From a bacterium (GTDB lineage: Bacteria > Myxococcota_A > Bradymonadia > UBA7976 > UBA1532): DNA of 64,000 nt. The stretch spans positions 204,451-268,450 of the forward strand of contig JAUHYW010000002.1 in assembly GCA_030426085.1 (NCBI GenBank), in the 5' to 3' direction. A program made the translations under genes and the position numbers. The notes beneath the pieces are model-generated. The model did no database searches. It saw only the letters and a list, made by a program, of their open reading frames with translations, and was not told the DNA's origin. Shown piece after piece: positions 34,369 through 44,200 of the stretch (its first letter is position 1; every line of letters starts with the position of its first letter).

Positions 34369-34381
34369 GGCTCAGCCGGCG
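34359..34381. terminator. perfect palindrome at a convergent gene junction (possible bidirectional terminator)
   Basis: cgccggctgagGctcagccggcg forms an 11-bp inverted repeat that spans both stop codons (TGA of 32749..34368 and TGA of rsmI). No U-tract is present. Confidence 0.3.
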
Positions 34382-35214
34382 CCGCCCGAGCGCAGCGCCA
34401 CCGCGATCCTGTACGCCGCGTCCCGGCTGCCGCCGGTGCGCTTCGCCGCCTCCCGGGCCGCCTTGGACGGCGCGAAGCCATCGGCCAGCAGCCCGGCGAC
34501 CACCGCCTCCAGATCAGCCGCGTCGGGTGCCGCTTCGGGCGGCGCGCCGCCGACGAGGACCACGATCTCGCCCCGCACGACGCCCGGATCGGCCCGCAGT
34601 TCGCCCAGCGTGCCCCGGCGGAACTCCTCGAAGGCCTTCGTCAGCTCCCGGGCGATGACCGCCGGCCGCTCGGCCCCGAAGATCGACTCGGCCGCGTCCA
34701 GGAACCGCCCCAGCCCGTGGGGGCTCACGTAGAACACCAGCGTCTCGGCCGCCCCGGCCAGCCCGGACAGCGCGTCGCGCAACGCCTTGCCCTTCGCCGG
34801 CGGGAAGCCCACGAAGCGGAAGCGATCGGTCGGCAGCCCGGCCACCGACAGCGCCGTGGTCACCGCGCTGACCCCCGGGACCGGGACCACCGGCAGCCCG
34901 GCGTCGATCGCCGCCCGCACGACCTTGAACCCGGGGTCGCTGATCGTGGGCGTGCCGGCGTCGCTGACCAACGCGATGTCCTCGCCGGCCCGCAGCGCGT
35001 CGAGGATCATCGGCGTACGGCGGGCCTCGTTGTGGTCGTAGAGCGAGACCAGCGGCCGGCGCTCCAGGCCCAGCAGCTCCAACAGCTTGCCGGTGCGCCG
35101 GGTGTCCTCGCAGGCGATGCGGTCGACGGCGGACAGCACCCGCTGCGCGCGCAGGGTGATGTCCTCGAGGTTGCCGATGGGCACCGCCACCACGTACAGC
35201 GTGCCGTCGGTCAC
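34372..35214 (-). CDS. rsmI: 16S rRNA (cytidine1402-2'-O)-methyltransferase
   Basis: Tetrapyrrole-methylase fold motifs (YVVAVPIGNLEDITLRA, ACEDTRRTGKLL, ALVSDAGTPTISDPG). Length 280 aa. Confidence 0.85.
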   Translation of the reverse strand: MTDGTLYVVAVPIGNLEDITLRAQRVLSAVDRIACEDTRRTGKLLELLGLERRPLVSLYDHNEARRTPMILDALRAGEDIALVSDAGTPTISDPGFKVVRAAIDAGLPVVPVPGVSAVTTALSVAGLPTDRFRFVGFPPAKGKALRDALSGLAGAAETLVFYVSPHGLGRFLDAAESIFGAERPAVIARELTKAFEEFRRGTLGELRADPGVVRGEIVVLVGGAPPEAAPDAADLEAVVAGLLADGFAPSKAAREAAKRTGGSRDAAYRIAVALRSGGAG

Positions 35215-35293
35215 CGGACCTCCAGGTGAGTGGGCATGGGGATGCGAGGGGCGCCGGAGCGGCGGTCACCGCCCCGGCGAGCGCCGAGCGGGC

Positions 35294-38200
35294 TCAGCGG
35301 GACGAGCCGATCGCCAGCCCCAGGGCCTGACGCAGCTTGAAGTAGTTCTCCGACAGCGCGAAGAGCACCAGCTCCCGGATGCGATCCTGCACCGGGGCCC
35401 GGCTGAACGAGCCGGCCTCGTTCTTGATGACCTGCACCGCCGCCCCGAGGTCATTGGCCAGCACCAGCCCCAGCCGGTTGCCGGTGTGCTCCACCGTCTC
35501 GAGCCACTTGCTGACGTTGAGGTGCACCTTGGGGTTGGTGCTCGCCTTCTGGATCAGCTTGCTCATCTCGGCGCGGGCCGGCATCGGGATCGACTTGCCC
35601 CACTGCTCGAGCAGGTTCGGGTCGTACTGCACGTTGGCGTCGGGCTTCACCAGCCGCATCAGCGTGTAGACGATGGTCGAGAGGTACATCTTGCGCTGCT
35701 CGTAGCTCTCGCCCAGGTTCGCCAGGAAGTTGGACTGCCCCGACAGGAAGAGCTGCTTGGCGCCGGCGAACGCCAGCTCCTGCGGCTTGCGCCCCGAGAC
35801 GATGTCCGGCCCCACCAGCATCGCCGGCGGGTTGAGCTCCACCAGCCGCAGGCCGGGCCGGTTCTGCGGGTCGCGGTGGGCCTCGGGCGTCGGCAGCCGG
35901 GTGGTGTGCGAGACGTACTTCATCACGCTGTTGAAGGGCGTCTGCTCGTCCGGGTTGAGCACCGTCTTGCGCTTGTGCAGCCCGAGCTGCTTGTGGTTCT
36001 TGGCCACCACCGGCAGCGTGTACAGGTAGAGCTGCTGGAACAGGTGGTCGAGCAGCGGGCTCTTCTCCGGGTGGAAGATCAGCCCCCAGTGCCGCTGGTC
36101 GAGCTGCCGCTGGGCCTGCTTGAGCGTGCGCGAGCGGTACTTCTCGTACAGCAGCCGCTCGTCGGGGCTCGCCTGATTGAGGAAGACGAGCACCTGCGCC
36201 ACGCACCACGCCTCGTCGTACTTGCCCACGTCCATGAACAGCCGCCGCAGCTCCTGATAGCTCTCGACGGCCCGCGGGTTGAGGTTGATCAGCGTGTAGT
36301 GCTGGGCGATCGCCTTGTCGATCTGGTCCTCGCGCTCGTACAGCTCGGCCAGGATCGAGTGGGTCGGCGCGTCGTCGGGCTTCTTCGACAGGGCGATCTT
36401 GTACGCCTTGATCGCCTCGGCGAAGCGCTCGAGCCGGGTGCGGTTGATCTCGCCGAGGTTCTTGGCCAGCGAGAAGACCAGCCCGTCCTCCAGCCCCGAC
36501 TCGGTCGCCCGCTTGAGCATCTTGCGGTAGTAGCGGTCCTGGCGTTCGTAGTCCCGCTCTTCGGTCAGGATCTGGTCGATCGCCTGGAACGCCCGCAGGT
36601 TGGCCGGATCGGCCGCCAGGCCCTTGTCGAACGAGCGCACCGCGACGAAGTTGTCCCGCAGCTTCTCCCGCTGGAGCGTCGCCACCCCGCACCAGTACTT
36701 CGACTTGCGCTGGGGGTTGGTCTCCAGCTCGGCGAGCTGACTGAGCACGTCGACCATCGCCGGCCAGTTCTCCGCCGCCTCGTGCAGCCCGATGAGCTTG
36801 CCGAGCACCAGCCGGCTGCCCGGCTGCACCTCGAGGGCGTCGTTGTAGGCGTCCACCGCCAGCCGGGTGTTGTTCATCTGCTCGTGCAGGATGTCCCCGA
36901 TGCCGACCAGCGCCTGGAACTTCTCGCCCGGGTCGTCGATGAGCCCCGCCACCTGACGGCGGTAGTGGATCACGTCTTCCCAGTCGTTGCGCGCCTCGTG
37001 CAGATCGATGAGCGCCTTGAGGATCTCGGCGTTGCGGGGGTCGATCTCGAGCGCCTTGCGGAAGAAGTCCAGCGCCTTGCGCCGCTCCCCCAGCTTGAGC
37101 TTGATCTGCCCCTGCTGGTGGAAGATGCCCACCACCTCGCCCTCATCGAGGCTGTCGCGGTGATGCACCAGGATGGTCTGGTAGATCTTGAACGCCCGAT
37201 CCCAGTCCTCGTGGCGGAACAGCAGGTTGCCCATGCCCTGCAGCGTCGGCAGGTGGGTGCTGTCCAGCTCGTAGGCCTGCCGGTAGTGGCCCAGCGCCTT
37301 CTCGTCCTTGCGGAGCTGCTCGGCGCAGTAGCCGATGCGGTAGTTGAGCTGCTGCAGCTCGCGGATGTCGGCGTCCTGCTTGCCCTGCAACATCAGATCG
37401 AGCAGCGGCTCGGCCCGGGCCCAGTTCTGGTCGGCCCAGTAGACATCCACCAGCGGCTCGGCCGCGTCGGCGTTGTCCGGGGACATGTCCATCGCCTGCT
37501 CGTAGTAGTCGATGGCCATCGTCCGTTCGTCGATGTGCTTCTCGTAGATCCGGCCGATGCGGAAGAGGTACTTGCTCTTCTCGGCGAAGTTGCGGGTCGC
37601 CGCCTCCATCATCTGGAGGGTGCGCACCGCCTCGCTCCACTCCCCGCGGGACTCGTTGACCTCCTCGAGCGCCTCGAGCGCCGGCAGGTAGTTCGGATCG
37701 TGCTCCAGGGCGCTGCGGAACCAGCGCTCGGCCTGCTCCAGATCACCCACCTTCTCCTGGTAGATGCGGCCGACGCGATACTGCCGATCGAGCAGCTCGC
37801 CCCGGTCCTGGATCTGGTGCGCCTCGCGGCTGATCACGTCGATCGCGTGGGTCCAGTCCTCCACCTCGGCGTACAGCACGCTCAGCGTCTGCAACGTCGC
37901 GAGGTGATCGGGCAGGGGCTCGAGGATCGGAGTCAGCGCCTCGATCGCCGCCTGGGGATTCGACAGCGGACCCCGGTGGATCTCGGCCAGCGCGGTGCGG
38001 ATGAGCACCATGGTGTCCGGATCCTGGATGACCTCGAGGTGCTTGTCGTAGACCTCGGCCAGCTCGTCCCACTGCTCCGACTCGCGGTACAGCCGGTCGA
38101 GGGCCTGCACCGCGTGGGGGTCGCCCGGCGCGATCTCCATCATCGCCCGGTAGGCGTCGATGGTCGCGAAGCGATCCTGGACCTGCGCCTCCTGGATCTC

Positions 38201-41200
38201 GGCGATCTGGCGGTAGATGCGCAGCCGATCGGCGTCGCTCTCGGCCACCTGCAACATCAGCTCGTAGACATCGAGCAGCTCGGTCCACTGATCGAGCTGA
38301 CCGTAGAGCCGCTCCAGGGCCCGCATCGCCTCCACACAGCGATCGTCGGCCGACAGCGCCTGCCGATAGGCCTCGATGGCCCGCTCCGGCGAATCGAGCC
38401 GGGTCTCCCACAGCTCGCCGACCTGGAGGTACTTCTCGACGATCTGCCCGGTCTCTTCGAGCACGGCCGCCTGGTTGAGCAGCACGTCGATCAGCTCCTG
38501 CCACCGCATGCGCACGGTGTAGAGCCCCTCGAGGGCCACCAGGCTCGGCAGATCGGCCCCGTCGACCAGCAGCACCTGCCGGTAGGCCTCGATCGCCTCG
38601 TCCGGCCGGTCGAGGTGATGCTCGAGGATGCGGGCCAGCTTCTCGTAGCTCGCCTTGCTCTCCTCGGGGGTCTGGACCAGCTCCACCTTGCGCTGGAGGA
38701 TGCCGGCGACCATCTCCCACTGCTCGTAGCGCTCCAGCAACAGCTCGCGCGCGGTCAACGCCTCGACGTTGTCCGGCTCGATGGCCAGGGCGTACTCGTA
38801 GTGGGTGTTGGCGTACTCCGGCTGCTGCAGCTTCTCGTCCCACCAGCGGGCGACCCGGATGCGCAAGGGCACCGACTCCGGCGTCTCGCCCAGCGCCTCG
38901 ATGACCCGCTGATAGGTCTCGATGAGCGGGCTCCAGTAGCCGCCCAGCTCGGCCAGCCGGGCCAGCTCACCGCCGAAGCGCTCGTCGTCGAGGCACGCCT
39001 CGAACGCCTGCCCCAGCACCACGAACGCCTTCTCGATGTCGCCCAGCCGCTCCTCGAACGCCTTGGCGGTGCGCTCGTAGATGTCGAGCATCTCGGCCAG
39101 CTCGGTGGTCACCCCCAGGCGACCGAGCAGCAGGTTGACCAGCGACTCCCACTGCTCGCCGGCCTCGTAGAGCCGCTCGAGGTTGTCGTAGGCGTCGAAG
39201 TTGTCCGGCTGCACCTCCAGCACCTTGACGTAGCACTGCTGAGCGCCCGTCGCGTCGCCGAGCTGCTCCTCGTACATCTCAGCCGCCCGGAAGAGGATGC
39301 TGACCTTGTCGTAGACGTCCTCGGTGATCTCGACCTTGCGTTCGAGGATCTGCACGCAGGCGTCCCAGTTCTCCGCCTGCTGGTACAGATCCTCCAGGCA
39401 GCCGATGGCCTGCGGATCGTACGGCTCGAGCGCCAGGAGCTGGGTCCAGGCCCAGATCGCCTGCCCCTCGTCCTCCAGCTCGCCCATGTTCAGCTCGCCG
39501 AGCTGCCGGAACAGCTCGACCCGCCGCATGTCGTCGCCGGGCAGAAGCGCCAGCAGCCGGTGGTCGAACTCGGCCACCTTCGCCTGCTCGTCGATGCGGT
39601 CGTACAGCTCGCGCACCGCCCACAGGGCGTCCTCGTCGTCGGGGTCGAGCTCCAGCACCTTGTGCCAGTTCTCCAGCGCGTTGCGCTCCCGTTCGAGGTA
39701 GTCGCCCCAGACCCGACCCAGCTTGGCGTAGAGCTGCTTCTCGCGCGCGGTGTCGTTGTCGAGCAGGTTCACCTGCCGCTCGCAGACGTCGACCAGCTCC
39801 CGCCAGCTCTCCTGGACCTGATACAGCCCCTCGAGCGCCATCAGCGCCTCGGCGTCTTCGCCCCGCAGGTCGAGCACCTGATTCCACAGGTCGACCGCGT
39901 CGAAGGTCCGGTCGAGGAAGCCGCCGGCGAGGTTGGCCTGCGCCGCCAGGATGCGCGCCCGATCGGGATCGACCTCGGCGTTCTCCGCCTGCCGGGCATA
40001 CACCTCGTACAGCGGCGGCCAGTTCTCCTGGACGACGTAGATCTGCTCCAGCCGGCCCAGCGCGTCGGGGTGGTTCGGCTGGCGGGCGAGGATGCCGTTG
40101 TACTCCTCGACCGCCGCCTCCAACTCCGCCTGCCGCTCGTAGAGCTGGCCCAGGCGGTACATCAGCGCGATCAACTCCGGCTCGTCGTAGGTGACCTCCA
40201 CCTCGCGGCGCAGGATGTCGATCAGCTCCGGCCAGCGCCCCTGCTCCTCGAAGAGCACGTCGAGGCCCTTGAGCGCCCGGGCGTCGGTCGGATCGATCTG
40301 GGTCAGCACGTGCTGATACATCGACTCGGCCATCTCGTCGTTCGACAGCCGCTGCCGATAGATGTCGGCCATGTCGTGGCAGCTCGTGCGGATCAGCTCG
40401 AAGTCCTGGGTGTTCTCCAGCCCCTCGGTGTAGATCGCGACGAGGTTCTCCCAGCCGTCGATCTCCTCGGCGAGCCGCAGCAGCTCACGCCGGCTGTGCT
40501 CGTCCTCGGGCACCTCCTTGAAGGCTTCGCCGTACCACAAGAACGCCCGCTGCTTGTCGTCGAGCTGCTCCAGGCTCATCTCGGCCAGCCGGTGCATCGA
40601 GCGCATCCGGTCCTCGCCGGGCAGCTGATGGGCCAGCAGCGCCTGCAACAGATCGTGCAGCTTGGCCCACTGCTCGTTGCCCAGATAGATCGGCTCGAGC
40701 ACCTCGCCGATGTTGGGCTGCTCGTGGCCCGCCTCGAACAGCCGCTCGAGGGCCACGACCGCGTCGGGCTGCTCGGCCTCGATCTCGAGCACGTCCTTGT
40801 AGGCGGTGATCGACTGGCTGGTCTCCTCCAGGGCCGTCTCGAACAGCGCGCCCAGGCGCAGCAGCAGCGGCACCCGCTCGGCGTCCTCGGCCCGCTCCAC
40901 CCGGAGCTGGAGGATCTCGGCCAACTCGGGCCAGTTGCCCACCTTCTCGTGCAGCCGGTCCAGCGCGAGGATCGCCACCTCGTGGTCGGGGTCGATCTCC
41001 ATCACCCGCCGGAAGCGCTGGATGGCCGCCTCGGCGTCGCCCAGCTCCTCCTCGTAGGCCCGGGCCACCCGCAGGTACAGGTCGCGGGCCACGTACTCGC
41101 TGGGGATGGCGACGAGCTGCGCCTCGACCAGCTCCACGAACGGGCCCCACATCTCGGCGTTCTGCGCCACTCGCTCCAGGGCGGCCAGGGCCGCCTCGTG

Positions 41201-44200
41201 GGTCGGATCCTCCTTGAACGCCGCACCATAGGCCTCGAAGGCGCCGTCGGAGTCGGCCAGCATGTCCTCATAGGCCTGCCCGACCCGCATGCGCAGTCCG
41301 GTCCGGACCTCCAGATCCATCGTGACGTCGAGCAGGGCCCGCCAGACCTCGATCATGCGGGGCCAGTTGCCGGCCTTCGTCAGCACCGGCTCGAGGACCT
41401 CGGCCGCCATGCGGGCCTCGCGGTCCTGGCGGATGAGCCCCTCCAGGGCCTCGATCGACGGCGCGTGCTCCGGCTGGTCGGCCAGGATGCCCTTGTAGCC
41501 CTCGATGGCCGTCTCGACGTCCAGCAGGTGGATCTCGTGAAGCTGCGCGACCCGGAAGCGGATGTCGATCTTCTGGTCGTCGGGCACCAGCTCGACCTGC
41601 CGGGCGAGCACCTTCTGCAGGTCCTCCCAGTACTCGAGCTTGCCGTAGAGGCGCTCCAGGCTGGTCAAGGCCTCCAGATCGTTCGGATCCCACTCCAGGA
41701 CGGCGGTGTAGGTGTCCACCGCCCGCATGGGGTCCTCGAGCTGCATCTCGCACGACGCGCCGATGGCGTAGTAGATGCGCTTGCGGGCCTCGACGTCTTC
41801 GGTCAGCTCGGCCTTGCGGTGCAGGACCTCGAGCAGGTCCTCCCACTGCTCCATGCCGTTGAACAGCCGCTCCAGCTCTTCGAGCGCCTGCCAGTCGACC
41901 GGATCCAGCTCGCGCACGGTGCGCAGCGCCTCGACCGCCCGGAAGGGGTCGCCGAGCATCTCCTCGTTGAGCCCGGCGATCTGGAAGTACAGCGCCTTCT
42001 TGGGCCCGACCTCATCGGTCAGCTCGGCCTTGCGGTAGAGGACCGCCACCAGCTCGCTCCACAGCTCGCTGGTCCGGTAGATCTCCTCGAGGGCCTCGAT
42101 GACCCCCATGTCGCTGTCGTCGGCCTGATACGCCGCCTCGTAGTGCTCCCGGGCGCCGTCGTAGTCCTGGAGCTGACGGAGCTGCACTTCGGCGACCCGC
42201 TTGTGCACCGCGGTGGCGACGTCGGGGTCGAGGATCTCGGGCACCTGCTGCTCGTAGACCGCGGCCAGATCGGCCCACAGGTCGAGCGCCCCGGCGATGC
42301 GGTGCAGGTGGGTCAGCGTCTCCTCGTGGCTCGGGTCGACCTGGAAGGCGCGGGCGTAGCTCTGGAACGCGGAGACCGCGTCGGCCCCCCGGCTCTGGTG
42401 CAGCTCGGCGATCTGGTGCAGCAGCTCGACCTTGCGGGCCTCGTCCGGCGAGAACTCCCGCTGGATCTCGTAGACCTGGATCAGCTTCTGCCAGTCGTCC
42501 TGCCGCTCGTAGATCGGCTCGAGGATGTCGGCGATGGCCGGGCGGAAGGTCGGATCCTCGCTCAGCCGCTCCAGGGCCCCGATCGCCGCCGCGTTGTCGG
42601 GGTCGACCTCCAGGATCTCGCGGTAGGTCTCGATGGCCAGATCGAAGTTGTGCAGCTTCGTCTCGCGCAGCTCACCCAGGCGCACCCGCAGCTCGACCTG
42701 AGCCCCGGCGTCCTCGGCGAGCGCCAGCCGGCGGCCGAGGATGTCGGCCAGCTCGGCCCACAGCTCCTCCTGACCGTACAGCCGGTCGAGGGCCTCCAGC
42801 GCCCGCCCGTTCTCCGGCGCGATGTCGATGATCTCGTTGTAGACCGCGATGGCCTCCCGCGGCTCGCCGAGCATCGCCTCGAGCAGGTTGGCGATCTGGA
42901 ACTGCAGCGCCTCGCGGGCCTCGGGCTCTTCGGTCAACTCGAGCTTGCGCCGATAGATCGACAGCAGCTCGACCCACTGCTCGGTGCGGGTGTACAGCCG
43001 GTCGAGGGCCTCGATCGCCGGCCGATCCTCGGGCTCGAGGTCGAGCACCCGCCGGTGGGCGTCGATCGCCATCTCGGCGTTGTCCAGCCGCTCCTCGTAG
43101 ATCCCCGCCAGCCGGGCCAGCAGCGCCCGGGCCAGCGGCTCGTCGGGCACCTCGGGCAGCACCTGCTCGATCAGCTCGGCGAGCACGTCCCACCCGTCGG
43201 CCACCTCGGCCAGCTTCTCGAGCTGGGCGATGGCCACCTCGCTGGAGGGCGCCTCGCGGAACATGCGGGCGAACGCGTCGAACGCCCGCTCGATGTCGGC
43301 GGTGCGCTCGACGTGCAGGGTGCCGATGCGCTCCAGCAGCTCGACCCGCCGCTCGATGTCCAGCGTCTCTTCGAGCTGGATCTCGAGCACCACCACCAGG
43401 GGCTCCCAGGCGCTGGCGTCGCGGTAGATCGGCTCCAGGATGCCAGCCACTTCGCCCCGGTACTGCGGCTCTTCGAGCAGCCCCTCCAGGGCCTGCCGGG
43501 CGCCGTCGTGGCCCGGGTCGTCGGCCAGGATCTCCCGGAAGTTGCCGATCGCCTCCGGCGCCCGCTCCAGGTGATGCAGCTCGAGCACCGCCATGACCAT
43601 CTTCAGCGCGACCGACTGCTCGGCGTCCTCGGCGTCCAGGGCCATCTGCCGCAGACGGCCGAGCACCTCGTGCAGCTCGTGGAACTGCTCGGTGCTCTCG
43701 TAGAGGCGGCGCAGCGACTCGAGGGCGTCCCGATCCTCGGGGTCCTCGTCGACGACGCTGCGGTAGCGCTCGATGGCCGAGATCGGCTCCTCGAGCTGGT
43801 TCTCGAAGATGAGCCCCTGCTTGCGGAACAGCTCCTTGCGGGCCTCGCTCTCTTCGGCGAGGGCCAGCTTGCGGTCCAGCACCCCGAGCAGCGCGTGCCA
43901 GTCCATGGCCCGGGTGTACAGCGCCTCGACGGCGTCGAGCGCCTCCCGGTTGTCGGGGTCGATCTCCAGCGCCTGATGGTAGCGCTCGAGCGCCTGCTCG
44001 TGGGCCCCCATCTGCTTGTCGAGGATGCGCCCCAGGCTGAGCAGGATCTCGAGCTGGGCCGCCATGGGGTCGACGTCGGCCGGCGCCATGTCGGGCACCC
44101 GGTCGAGCGCCGCGGTCAGATCCTCGTGCACCGCCGGCCAGCTCCCGGTCGCCTCACCGAGCCGCTCCAGCTCGCGCCGGGCCTCGGCGTCGGCCGGGTG

